Positions 42,091 through 51,200 of a stretch of 64,000 nt of DNA are shown here, in pieces. Source of the DNA: Oscillospiraceae bacterium (lineage in GTDB: Bacteria; Bacillota; Clostridia; Oscillospirales; Oscillospiraceae); the NCBI GenBank assembly GCA_017398625.1, contig JAFQFP010000003.1:456-64455 (forward strand), given 5' to 3'. The position numbers and the translations under genes are program-made. How positions within the stretch are numbered: position 1 is the stretch's first letter; each line of letters begins with the position of its first letter. The notes below the pieces were generated by a model. It searched no databases. It saw nothing but the letters and a program-made list of their open reading frames with translations, and was not told the DNA's origin.

Positions 42091-42734
42091 AGCTTCTGCA
42101 CCGCGTTCAGCGCCACGGTATCGCCCAGTACCACCATGATATCCTTCTCTTCGATACAGTAGTCAGCCGCAGGGGACACATTGATAGAATCGTCCTGCTT
42201 CACCGCCAAAATGTTCACGCCCAGCTTGGCACGAACATTCAGCTCCTTCAAGGTCTTGCCCCGCCAAGACTTGGGGGCAGGCACCTCGATGATGCCGTAG
42301 TCCTCGGAAAGCTCGATGTAATCCAGCACATTGTCTGCCGCAAGGCTTCGTGCCAGACGGGCAGCCTGCTCCTTCTCCGGGATCACCACCTGATGGGCAC
42401 CCAGCTTCAGCAGCACCTGCCGGTAAGTCTCATCATGCGCCTTGCAGACGATCTTGGGCACACCCAGCTCCTGCAGATTCATGGTGGCAAGCACCGCGTT
42501 GGAAAGGTCATCACCGATGGCAACGATGGCACAGTCAAAATTCCGCACCCCAAGTGCCTTCAGCACTTCCTTGTCCCGGGCATCGCCCACCACTGCGTGG
42601 GTCACATTCGGGGCGATCTGCTGCACCAAGTCGCTGCTGGTATCCATCGCCAGCACCTCACAGCCCACTTCATGGAGTTTCCGGGCAGCTTCTTCGCCAA
42701 ATCTTCCGAGTCCGATCACAATATAAGATTTCAT
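42087..42734 (-). CDS. ktrA: K+ uptake regulatory subunit (KtrA/TrkA, RCK_N + RCK_C)
   Basis: VIGLGRFG, GA..V..PE, C-terminal RCK_C. Confidence 0.9.
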   Translation of the reverse strand: MKSYIVIGLGRFGEEAARKLHEVGCEVLAMDTSSDLVQQIAPNVTHAVVGDARDKEVLKALGVRNFDCAIVAIGDDLSNAVLATMNLQELGVPKIVCKAHDETYRQVLLKLGAHQVVIPEKEQAARLARSLAADNVLDYIELSEDYGIIEVPAPKSWRGKTLKELNVRAKLGVNILAVKQDDSINVSPAADYCIEEKDIMVVLGDTVALNAVQKL

Positions 42735-42744
42735 AGCTTTCTCC

Positions 42745-44124
42745 TTATCCGATCAACAGGTTGGTCTGGGCATAGCTGAACCGATCCTCAGCTCGGTTTG
42801 CCATCAAGAAGCCCAAACTGATGGTCAGTACGCCAACACGGCCAAAATACATATAAATAATAATGAGGATCTGGGCAGGCACCGTCAGCAGCGGAGTCAC
42901 GCCCGCTGTTAAGCCCACCGTTGCCAAGGCGGAAATGGATTCATATAGAGCATCGGTAAAGCCCACCGGGCAGGTGGTGCAGATGAAGATGCCGCCAAAT
43001 ATCGCAAGACCCAGCATCAATGTCACGATGGTCAGCGCGTCCAGTACTTTTTCCTGTGCAATGGTGCGGCGGAAGACGCAGACGGAGTTTCTGCCCCGTG
43101 CCCGGCTCCACATAAACAGCAGCAGGGTCACCAGCGTCACCGTCTTGACACCGCCTGCGGTAGAACCGGAGGAGCCACCGATAAACATCAGCACCATGGT
43201 CACCGCCTTGCCGCCATCGGTCAGCGCCGCCTGATCCACAGAGGCGAAGCCCGCAGTACGGGTGGTCACCGATTGGAAAAAGGCATTGAGCAGCTTTTCT
43301 CCCACGCTCATGCCGCCAAAGGTGGCGGGATTGTTCCATTCCAGAATACAGAAGCACACCATGCCGCCCAATATCAGCGCCAAGGTAGTCAGCAGCACCA
43401 GCTTGGTATACACCGACAGCTTCCGGAAGCTGCGCAGGCGCACCACTTCTTCCCATACGAAGAAGCCCAAGCCGCCCAGCGCGATCAATATCGCCAGTGT
43501 GATGCTTACCACCGGGTCGGTATTAAACACCGTGGTGCTGGCTCCGGGGGCGATGGAGCCAAAAATATCAAAGCCCGCATTGCAGAAGGCGGATACCGCA
43601 TGGAACACGCCCCATTTCAGCGCCGTGGCAATGCCAAACTCCGGCAAAAACCGGAAAAACAACACCAGCGCACCCAGCCCTTGGATCCCAAGGCTTCCTA
43701 TGAGCACCCATTTCTGCAGACGAACCACGCCATCCATATCATTGAGGCTCAGCGCCTGCGCCATGACCATCCGCTGCCGCAGACCTACCTTTTTCCGCAG
43801 CACGAACACCACCAGCGCTGCCGCGGACATAAAGCCCAGACCGCCGATCTCGATCAGCATCAGGATCACAGCCTGTCCGAAACCGCTCCACTGGGTCCAT
43901 GTATCAAACAGAACAAGCCCTGTGACACAGGTAGCGGAAGTGGCGGTAAACAAAGACGGCAGGAATCCGGCAGACTCACCGTTGCGGGAGGCAACCGGCA
44001 GCATCAGCAGCAGCGCGCCCAGCAAGATGATCCCCAGAAACGCCAGTGCAATGATCTGGGTGGGGCTGAGCCGAAAACGGCGTCTCCGATTCACAATGCG
44101 AATCATCCGATATGGAAGATGCAT
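42745..44124 (-). CDS. ktrB: K+ uptake membrane subunit (KtrB/TrkH)
   Basis: SATCVTGL, SAFCNAGF, RTAGF, ATVGL pore loops; GSTAGG.K. Confidence 0.93.
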   Translation of the reverse strand: MHLPYRMIRIVNRRRRFRLSPTQIIALAFLGIILLGALLLMLPVASRNGESAGFLPSLFTATSATCVTGLVLFDTWTQWSGFGQAVILMLIEIGGLGFMSAAALVVFVLRKKVGLRQRMVMAQALSLNDMDGVVRLQKWVLIGSLGIQGLGALVLFFRFLPEFGIATALKWGVFHAVSAFCNAGFDIFGSIAPGASTTVFNTDPVVSITLAILIALGGLGFFVWEEVVRLRSFRKLSVYTKLVLLTTLALILGGMVCFCILEWNNPATFGGMSVGEKLLNAFFQSVTTRTAGFASVDQAALTDGGKAVTMVLMFIGGSSGSTAGGVKTVTLVTLLLFMWSRARGRNSVCVFRRTIAQEKVLDALTIVTLMLGLAIFGGIFICTTCPVGFTDALYESISALATVGLTAGVTPLLTVPAQILIIIYMYFGRVGVLTISLGFLMANRAEDRFSYAQTNLLIG

Positions 44125-44348
44125 GGTGTCCTATCTCCTTTCCTACTCCTTTTACAGACAACACTTCTCAGTTTATCCTTTATTATATCAATGTATCAAG
44201 CGGATTGCAAGTAGCATTTCCCAAAGCCGGGTGTGCTCCCTCTGCACAAAAAGGATGCCCAAATTTCATGCAATATGAGCATTGTACGGTCTGTGCTGGG
44301 TATGATATGATAAGTTATTATAAATTCAAGCATATTCGGAGGTGGACT

Positions 44349-46082
44349 ATGGCATACAAAGAAACATGGTCGGGGAAGATCAACCGCAAGCTGCTGAAAA
44401 AGCAGCGGATCATCGATGTAGCTGCGGGACGGCAAAAGGCGGATCTCGTTCTGAAAAACGCCACCTATGTAGATGTGTTCTCCGGGGAGCTTGCTACAGA
44501 AGATATCGCTGTAGCCGAAGGACTCATTGTAGGTCTGGGCAGCTATGAGGGCGTTATCGAAGCGGACATGACGGGAAAAATCGTCTGCCCCGGCTTTATC
44601 GATGCCCATATCCATCTGGAATCCAGTCTGGTAGCTCCGGCGGAGTTTGCCCGGGCGGTGCTGCCCCACGGTACCACCACGGTGATCACCGACCCCCATG
44701 AGATCACCAATGTCATGGGCACCGACGGCATCGACTATATGCTTTGTGCCACGGAGGGACTGCCGGTGGATGTGCGGTTTATGATCCCCTCCTGCGTTCC
44801 CGCCTCCCCCATGGACGAAAGCGGCGCAAATCTGGATTACCGGGATATCGACAGCTTTTTTGAGCATCCCCGGGTACAGGGTCTGGCAGAAATGATGAAT
44901 TTTCCCGGTGTCCTGGCCGGTGACAGCACCACAGTCGCCAAGATCGTGGCATCCCAAGCCCACCACAAGAAGATCGACGGTCATGCCCCCGGTCTTTCCG
45001 GCAAGGCGCTGAACGCCTATATTTCCGCAGGCGTCTACTCCGACCACGAATGCTCCGATCTTGCCGATGCCATGGAAAAGCTGCGCCGGGGCCAGTTCAT
45101 CATGATCCGGGAGGGCACTGCCGCCCGGAATCTGGAGGCGCTGATGCCCCTGCTGCGTTCCAACAAGCTCTTTGACCGGTGTATGTTCTGCACCGACGAC
45201 AAGCACCCCAGCGATCTGCTGGAAAAGGGCCATATCGACCATATCTGCCGGGAAGCGGTGGCGATGGGTGCCGATCCCATTCAGGTGGTGCAGGTGGCTT
45301 GCCTCCACGCCGCCCGTTACTTCCTGCTGAACAACCGGGGCGCTATCGCACCGGGTTATCTGGCAGATCTTGCCGTTGTGGAGGATCTGAAGGATTTCCA
45401 TGTGGTCAGTGTGTATAAAAAAGGCAAGCTGGTCTATGACGGAAGCACCGTGGCCGACTTCCCCCTGCCCAAGATCCCTGCCCATCTGGAAAAGCAGAGC
45501 CGGGATACCTTCCATCTGAACCGCTTGACCGCCGCCGACTTTGCCGAAACACGGCAAAAGGGCATCATCGGTATGGTTTCCGGTCAGATCGTCACCGAGG
45601 ATCGGGGCTACGCCAATGGGGTGGACACAGACAGGGACATTCTGAAGATGGCGGTGATCGAGCGCCACAAGCACACCGGTCATATCGGCATCGGCTATTT
45701 AAGCGGCTACTCTCTAAAGCGGGGCGCCGTTGCCACCTCCGTTGCCCACGACAGCCACAATATTATCTGTGTAGGCGCCAACGACGCGGATATGGCAACC
45801 GCTGCCAACCGTGTGGCGGAAAACCACGGCGGTATCGTGGTGGTAGAGAACGGTACGGTTCTGGCAGAGCTTCCTCTGGAGATCGCCGGGCTCATGAGCA
45901 GCCAGCCCCTGACACGGGTCAATGACCTGCTGGAAAACGCCAAAGCGCAGGCTCACGCTCTGGGGGTAGGGCGGGACATTGATCCTTTTATGACCCTTTC
46001 CTTTATGAGCCTGCCGGTGATCCCCACCCTGCGGCTCACCACCCGCGGTGTCATCGATGTTAACACCCAGCAATATATTTGA
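44349..46082 (+). CDS. ade: Adenine deaminase
   Basis: PGFIDAHIHLESS, DPHEI.NV, DGHAP, DHE, CTDD, AHDSHN; GGAGG RBS before ATG 44349. Confidence 0.96.
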   Translation: MAYKETWSGKINRKLLKKQRIIDVAAGRQKADLVLKNATYVDVFSGELATEDIAVAEGLIVGLGSYEGVIEADMTGKIVCPGFIDAHIHLESSLVAPAEFARAVLPHGTTTVITDPHEITNVMGTDGIDYMLCATEGLPVDVRFMIPSCVPASPMDESGANLDYRDIDSFFEHPRVQGLAEMMNFPGVLAGDSTTVAKIVASQAHHKKIDGHAPGLSGKALNAYISAGVYSDHECSDLADAMEKLRRGQFIMIREGTAARNLEALMPLLRSNKLFDRCMFCTDDKHPSDLLEKGHIDHICREAVAMGADPIQVVQVACLHAARYFLLNNRGAIAPGYLADLAVVEDLKDFHVVSVYKKGKLVYDGSTVADFPLPKIPAHLEKQSRDTFHLNRLTAADFAETRQKGIIGMVSGQIVTEDRGYANGVDTDRDILKMAVIERHKHTGHIGIGYLSGYSLKRGAVATSVAHDSHNIICVGANDADMATAANRVAENHGGIVVVENGTVLAELPLEIAGLMSSQPLTRVNDLLENAKAQAHALGVGRDIDPFMTLSFMSLPVIPTLRLTTRGVIDVNTQQYI

Positions 46083-46112
46083 CGGGCTTTTCTGCCCATA
46101 CAACAGTAAACA

Positions 46113-46138
46113 GGCGCGCTGCAAAATGCAGCGCGCCC
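46113..46138. terminator. Hairpin between convergent ade and feo genes
   Basis: GGCGCGCTGCA-AAA-TGCAGCGCGCC. Confidence 0.7.
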
Positions 46139-46175
46139 ATTCACATATATGGGGGAAATAAGAAGAAAATCAAAT

Positions 46176-46388
46176 TTACTGTGCCTTGGAGCAGCCTCCG
46201 CTGCAGCCTTGGCAGTTTCCGGAGCAGCCTCCGCTGCAGCCTTGGCAGTTTCCGGAGCAGCCTTCGGAGCACCGGTCGGCAGCGGGACAGCCAATGCACT
46301 TGACCCCACGCTTTTTGGCGCGGTAGACATACAGTCCCGCCAGCGCCACGATCACCAGAATGACCGCTATAATGATCAGATCTTCCAT
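46176..46388 (-). CDS. FeoB-associated Cys-rich membrane protein
   Basis: TM helix, KKRGVKCIGC, Cys-rich tail; immediately after feoB. Confidence 0.85.
   Translation of the reverse strand: MEDLIIIAVILVIVALAGLYVYRAKKRGVKCIGCPAADRCSEGCSGNCQGCSGGCSGNCQGCSGGCSKAQ
46188..46263. repeat. 33-bp perfect tandem repeat (about 2.3 copies)
   Basis: GGAGCAGCCTCCGCTGCAGCCTTGGCAGTTTCC x2 plus a partial copy. Confidence 0.9.
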
Positions 46389-46392
46389 AAAC

Positions 46393-48393
46393 TTACTTGC
46401 CGGAGACGGCATATTCCTTTTTCAGATTTTTTTCTGCCTTGGCTATGAGGTAGACAAGGATCCCCACAAACACCACAATGGCGAGCAGACCGGGCAAAAA
46501 GCCTGTGCCCAGAGTGCCTTCGGTGATCAGCGTGCCGATCTGGTAGACCAGATAGGCCACAGTGAAGCCTACACCCAACTGCAGGGCAATGCCTGCCCCA
46601 AGCCACTTACCGCTTTTCATCTCTGCGTTCATAGCGCCGATGGCAGCAAAGCAAGGGGGTGAATACAGGTTGAACATCAGATAAGCCAGTGCGGCGGCCT
46701 TGGTCAGACCGAAGGCGATGGCGACCTCATTACCGGCACCCTCCACCATTTCCAGCTCATCCATATTGATCAGGTTGGAAATGCCGAAGCAGACAGCCAG
46801 TGTGCCAACAACATTTTCCTTTGCGATAAAGCCTGTGACGGCGGCTGCCGCCAGCTCCCAGCTCAACACGCCAATGACCGGAACCAGCAGATAGGCAAAG
46901 GGAGACGCGATGGATGCCAGAATGGAGGCATCCGCGGTTTCTGCCACTTGGAAGTTCCAGCCGAAGGTCTGCATGATCTGCACGGCGGTGTTGCACAGCA
47001 GGATGATGGTAGCTGCCTTTACGATGTACGACCAGCCACGGCTGCACATAGACAGGAAGGCTCTCTTGAGAGAGGGGATCTTGTACTCCGGCAGCTCGAT
47101 GATGAAGAAGGACTTTCTAACCTTGTGACCGGTGACCTTGTTGACCAGCAGAGCGCCGAGGAAGATCAACACGATGCCGGCGGCATACATCACAAAGCTT
47201 ACCCAGCCGGCATTGTCAAAGAACGCGCCTGCGAACAGGGCAATAACGGGGATCTTTGCACCGCAGGGCATGAAGGGTGCCAGCATGGCGGCGGCACGGC
47301 GCTCACGCTCGTTGCGGATAGTACGGGTTGCCATAACGCCGGGAACGGCGCAGCCGATGGTGATGACAAAGGGGATCACAGACTTGCCGCTGAGCCCCAC
47401 CCGCTTGAAGATAGGGTCCAGCACTACAGAGACGCGCGCCATATAGCCGCAATCCTCCAGCAGGGCAATGAGGAAGTACATAACCATGACCAGCGGCAAA
47501 AAGCCGATGACCGCGATGACACCGCCGATGATGCCGTCCACCAACAGAGCCTGCCAGATGTCGGAAGCGCCGCTGACCAGCTCACCAACCCAGCCTTGGA
47601 AGGTTTCCAGCCAAGCCACCAGCGTGTCGGCAACGAAGGGTCCCACCCAGACCTGAGAGATCTGGAACACAAGGAACATCACCACAGCAAAGATGGGAAT
47701 GCCCAGCCACTTGTTGGTCAGCACCTCATCGATCTTGTCCTGCACATTATAGTCCTTGGTCAGCACCTTACGGCTCTCCACCTTGGCAACGATGCCGTTG
47801 ACAAACTGGAAGCGCTTTCTGTCGGCGGCTTCCACCGCCTGCTTGCTGGTCAGATCAATGATGCCCTGCTCATAGGGAGCCTTCTGACCCTTACCTACCT
47901 GCGCCACGGCAGCGGCAACCACATTCGCCAGATCCTTGTGGTCGGAATCCACGGAAACAGTCTCGATAACCGGGCAGCCCAGCTTCTTGGACAGCGCCGC
48001 GGCATCGATCTTAGTCTCCTTTTTCTCATTGATATCGCTCTTATTCAGCGCCACCACCACGGGAATGCCCAGCTCCAAAAGCTGTGTGGTAAAAAACAGG
48101 CTGCGGCTGAGGTTCGTCGCGTCCACGATGTTGATGATGGCATCGGGGTTCTCATTCTTCACATAGGAGCTGGTGATGCTCTCCTCAGAGGTAAAGGGAG
48201 ACATGGAGTAGGCGCCGGGCAGGTCTACTGCCACAAGACCCTCTACACCGCCGCAAAACACCTTGCGGATGGGACTTTCTTTCTTTTCAACGGTAACGCC
48301 TGCCCAGTTGCCCACCTTTTCATTTCTGCCGGTGAGGGCATTGTACATGGTGGTCTTGCCGCTGTTGGGATTGCCTGTCAGAGCAATTCTCAT
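46393..48393 (-). CDS. feoB: Ferrous iron transporter FeoB
   Basis: GNPNSGKT, VGNWAGVT, DLPG.YS, NKSD, LEDCGYMAR, AKENVVGT, PCFA. Confidence 0.97.
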   Translation of the reverse strand: MRIALTGNPNSGKTTMYNALTGRNEKVGNWAGVTVEKKESPIRKVFCGGVEGLVAVDLPGAYSMSPFTSEESITSSYVKNENPDAIINIVDATNLSRSLFFTTQLLELGIPVVVALNKSDINEKKETKIDAAALSKKLGCPVIETVSVDSDHKDLANVVAAAVAQVGKGQKAPYEQGIIDLTSKQAVEAADRKRFQFVNGIVAKVESRKVLTKDYNVQDKIDEVLTNKWLGIPIFAVVMFLVFQISQVWVGPFVADTLVAWLETFQGWVGELVSGASDIWQALLVDGIIGGVIAVIGFLPLVMVMYFLIALLEDCGYMARVSVVLDPIFKRVGLSGKSVIPFVITIGCAVPGVMATRTIRNERERRAAAMLAPFMPCGAKIPVIALFAGAFFDNAGWVSFVMYAAGIVLIFLGALLVNKVTGHKVRKSFFIIELPEYKIPSLKRAFLSMCSRGWSYIVKAATIILLCNTAVQIMQTFGWNFQVAETADASILASIASPFAYLLVPVIGVLSWELAAAAVTGFIAKENVVGTLAVCFGISNLINMDELEMVEGAGNEVAIAFGLTKAAALAYLMFNLYSPPCFAAIGAMNAEMKSGKWLGAGIALQLGVGFTVAYLVYQIGTLITEGTLGTGFLPGLLAIVVFVGILVYLIAKAEKNLKKEYAVSGK

Positions 48394-48451
48394 TGTCGAT
48401 CCTCCTCTTTTCTGTCACTTTGCCCAGAATCTGGCAAATATACGCTCTATA

Positions 48452-48467
48452 GTTAGCATAAACTAAC
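48452..48467. promoter_or_regulatory. TTAG-N6-CTAA dyad (candidate DtxR/MntR-family box) upstream of feoB
   Basis: GTTAGCATAAACTAAC. Confidence 0.65.
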
Positions 48468-48504
48468 CAATTTTCAAAAAGAACGCCAGCCCGTGCCGGC
48501 AGTT

Positions 48505-48717
48505 CTAAATGTGAATGGCTTTCGCCAGTTGGGTATCGATGCTGTAGCGCCCGTCCTTGATGGACACCACACAGCCGCTCCTGCGATGGGCTACCACGGT
48601 GATGGGCTCGCCGCTGTAGCAGCCAAGGGAGAACAGAAAGGCATCCAGCTCCTCATCATCGGTATCGATGCGGCGAATGATATATTCCTTGCCCTCTTCC
48701 GCTTTCGTAAGATCCAC
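48505..48717 (-). CDS. feoA: FeoA
   Basis: GTG start with AAGGAGG RBS; FLFSLGCY.G, IKD.RY.ID..LA..I. Confidence 0.9.
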   Translation of the reverse strand: MDLTKAEEGKEYIIRRIDTDDEELDAFLFSLGCYSGEPITVVAHRRSGCVVSIKDGRYSIDTQLAKAIHI

Positions 48718-48738
48718 GGTTCTCCCTCCTTTCCGGCA

Positions 48739-48791
48739 GTTAGCACCTGCTAATTCCTCTTTAGTTTAGCACCGGCTAACTGCTTTGTCAA
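48739..48791 (-). promoter_or_regulatory. feoA promoter with two TTAG-N6-CTAA operator dyads
   Basis: Minus strand TTGACA (48791-48786)-N17-TAAACT (48768-48763); dyads at 48739-48754 and 48765-48780. Confidence 0.75.
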
Positions 48792-48907
48792 GTGGGTTTT
48801 GGGGCTTTCGGAAATTTTTTCCTTCGCTGCCGGAAAATCATGGATTTTTTCTTTGTTTTTCGGCAAAATGTGCTATACTGATACTATATTACACAGAAAG
48901 AGGGATC

Positions 48908-49375
48908 ATGATGGAAGACAACAAGCTTATGCAGCTATTGCAGAACATCGAAAAAACCAACCGCCGCCAGGCGGTCGGTACAGCCATCCTTTGCGTATTG
49001 CTGGCGGTCACAGCGGTGTGCTGTATCGTCGTATTTACCTCTATCCACTCTTTGGTACCCCAAGTGGATACCGCTTTGGCACAGATGCAGACCGTGCTGG
49101 AGGATATGCAGACCGTCACCGAGGAGCTGGCAGCGGCGGATCTGGAGGGCATGGTGAAAAACATCGACACCATGGTAACGGATGTAGACGGCTTCATCGG
49201 CACGGCAGAGGGTCTGGCAGGAAACATGGACACATTGGTCGCAACCGGACAGACCAGCTTGGAGCAGACCATGGCAAAGCTGAACGCTATCAATTTTGAA
49301 ACACTGAACAAAGCCATTGAGGATCTTGCCGCAGTGGTAGAGCCCATCGCCAACTTCTTCAACAAGCTGCGCTGA
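48908..49375 (+). CDS. Hypothetical single-TM coiled-coil protein
   Basis: One TM helix then a heptad-like helical region; extended -10 TGCTATACT upstream. Confidence 0.7.
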   Translation: MMEDNKLMQLLQNIEKTNRRQAVGTAILCVLLAVTAVCCIVVFTSIHSLVPQVDTALAQMQTVLEDMQTVTEELAAADLEGMVKNIDTMVTDVDGFIGTAEGLAGNMDTLVATGQTSLEQTMAKLNAINFETLNKAIEDLAAVVEPIANFFNKLR

Positions 49376-49384
49376 CCTGTCGGC

Positions 49385-49477
49385 AGTCCATTATAAATGC
49401 TAACGAATGCTCTACCCAACCGAAAACCGATTCGCCTAACGGAATAGGATTGCTCCACCCCCGAGCACCATTCCTTC
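49385..49477 (-). pseudogene. Decayed spoVAC-like 3' fragment
   Basis: From the GAAGGA core it reads EGMVLGGGAILFR*, versus EGFILGVGAKMFT in spoVAC; stop codons follow; distal boundary approximate. Confidence 0.55.
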
Positions 49478-49520
49478 TGCGCATGTCAAGCTAGGACCCA
49501 TCCCTTGGTGTTCTATTAGG
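49472..49520. repeat. Conserved att-like arm + core, copy A
   Basis: 41/49 ungapped identity (hand alignment) with 61033-61081; includes the core TCCTTC. Confidence 0.85.
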
Positions 49521-49691
49521 GAACATTTTTCTTATGAGGTGTCGATTTGACTCGAACCGAGTTCTTCAAAATTCTTATTCGGTTTTCTTTGAAGGGGTTC
49601 ATCTATTTCTTCAAAGGCACAGTCTACGATACATAGGTTGCCTTGTTTTAGGTTCCATGATAACCTGTTATTCAGAAAGGGCGTGATATTT

Positions 49692-50276
49692 ATGAACACC
49701 TATGTAGCAAGTACAACAATCAAGCACCTCCGGGAAATGCGGAATTTCACACAGGCTGATCTGGCGGATCGAGTCGGTGTCAGCAGCAAAACCATCTCCA
49801 AATGGGAGACGGCAAAAGGATTGCCGGATATCAGTCTGCTGCAGCCGTTAGCACAGGCGCTGGGCATCTCGGTCATTGAGCTGATGAGTGGTCAGCATAT
49901 TATTAACAAAAACATCTCTGCCAATATGCTGCGCAGCAAATTCTATGTCTGCCCTATCTGCGGCAATGCCATCCACGCGCTGGGAAATACTGTGGTCAGC
50001 TGCTGCGGCATTACTCTGCCTGCTCTGGAATCAGAAGAAGCGGGTGAGGACCATACAGTATCCATCGAGAATGTGGAGGACGAGCATTTTATCACTATCC
50101 ATCACCCTATGACGAAAGTACATTACATTTCCTTCGTAGCTTACGTCAGCTCAGATCGAATCCAGATGGTGAAACTCTACCCGGAGGGCAATGCCCAGAC
50201 CCGGCTGCAGTTGCGAGAAATGGGGTATCTGTATTATTACTGCAACCAGCATGGATTGTTCCGAATAAAGTATTAA
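49692..50276 (+). CDS. XRE-family HTH regulator fused to a desulfoferrodoxin-like domain
   Basis: TQADLA...SKWE...PDI; FYVCPICGN...SCCG; HPMTKVHYI; YCNQHGL. Confidence 0.88.
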   Translation: MNTYVASTTIKHLREMRNFTQADLADRVGVSSKTISKWETAKGLPDISLLQPLAQALGISVIELMSGQHIINKNISANMLRSKFYVCPICGNAIHALGNTVVSCCGITLPALESEEAGEDHTVSIENVEDEHFITIHHPMTKVHYISFVAYVSSDRIQMVKLYPEGNAQTRLQLREMGYLYYYCNQHGLFRIKY

Positions 50277-50307
50277 TGAAAACATCAAGGCATATAACAG
50301 AAGCAAA

Positions 50308-50343
50308 GCCCGGAATTGGAAGTATCCTCAACCAATTCCGGGC
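50308..50343. terminator. Bidirectional terminator
   Basis: GCCCGGAATTGG-loop-CCAATTCCGGGC. Confidence 0.8.
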
Positions 50344-50349
50344 ATGTTT

Positions 50350-51141
50350 TTATTTAACCGGTAGCTGAATCTCCGTCAGCCAGTCCTCTACATTTTCCTT
50401 GTTCCAGATACCGTCGATGTAGCTTTCCCGATGGAAGCCCGCCACCTGATATCCATTCTCCATAGCATAGCGGTAGATGTAGGCATAGGCCTCGCCTAGG
50501 CGGTCATAGGCACCCTTGTGGTAAATGCAGATGGCCTTGGTGGCAGGCAGAATCCGGAACTGAATTCGCTCATTTCCCACACCCATCTTTATCACCGCCT
50601 GAGAGTAACGGACACGCATATTGGTTTCCTTATGTTCCCCATCCAGATATTCGCAGAAACCATAGTCGGGTTTTACGCACTCCATACCCGGATTCAGCCG
50701 GAGACACTCCTGGGCAGATTCCAGCACCAGTATGGTCACATCGCTGTACCGCTCCAGAGTTCGTTCCTCACTGTAGACGATGCACTCTTCAATGTCTTTT
50801 ATCACGGCCTGATATTTCATTTCACTGTCCTCCATAAGATAGTTGATTATGGAGACGCGTGCGGAAATATCGGCCTGTTTTTGCATCAATGCCGTTTTCT
50901 TGGCACGAAGGGCATCCCTCAATGGAACGCCATTCAAATGCGCCCGGATTTCCTCCACGCTGAAATCAAGCTGCCGCAGTGCCTTGATGGTTGCCGCTGT
51001 TTCCAGCTGATTGGTCTCATAGAAACGGTAGCCTGACCATTCATCCACATAGGCAGGGATCAGCAGGTCCTCCTTTTCATAAAACCGCAAGGCTTTGATG
51101 GTCAGCATGGAAAGCTTTGAAAATTCACCGATTTTGAACAC
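50350..51141 (-). CDS. MerR-family regulator with GyrI-like effector domain (BltR/BmrR-like)
   Basis: FKIGEFSKL...LRFYE...GYRFY; HKGAY; TEIQLPV; GTG 51141 follows GGAGG. Confidence 0.92.
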   Translation of the reverse strand: MFKIGEFSKLSMLTIKALRFYEKEDLLIPAYVDEWSGYRFYETNQLETAATIKALRQLDFSVEEIRAHLNGVPLRDALRAKKTALMQKQADISARVSIINYLMEDSEMKYQAVIKDIEECIVYSEERTLERYSDVTILVLESAQECLRLNPGMECVKPDYGFCEYLDGEHKETNMRVRYSQAVIKMGVGNERIQFRILPATKAICIYHKGAYDRLGEAYAYIYRYAMENGYQVAGFHRESYIDGIWNKENVEDWLTEIQLPVK

Positions 51142-51162
51142 ACGCTTCACCTCCATGGCACT

Positions 51163-51193
51163 ATCGTAATCTATCCCCTAAGAGGAGAGTCAA
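51163..51193 (-). promoter_or_regulatory. MerR-type promoter with 19-bp spacer
   Basis: TTGACT-CTCCTCTTAGGGGATAGAT-TACGAT, imperfect dyad in the spacer. Confidence 0.75.
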
Positions 51194-51200
51194 GCATTAT

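Noticed and set aside
44125-44348. c-di-AMP riboswitch before ktrB or purine riboswitch before ade
   Set aside because: No ydaO or purine aptamer consensus recognised by eye; an Rfam scan would settle it.
46188-46263. Possible CRISPR repeat (33 bp)
   Set aside because: Copies are contiguous with no spacers, lie inside a CDS, and no cas genes are present.
45953-46448. Alternative ORFs with AAPETAKAAAE or AASAAALAVSG repeats
   Set aside because: Other frames of the same 33-bp repeat; the Cys-rich FeoB-associated frame fits the context.
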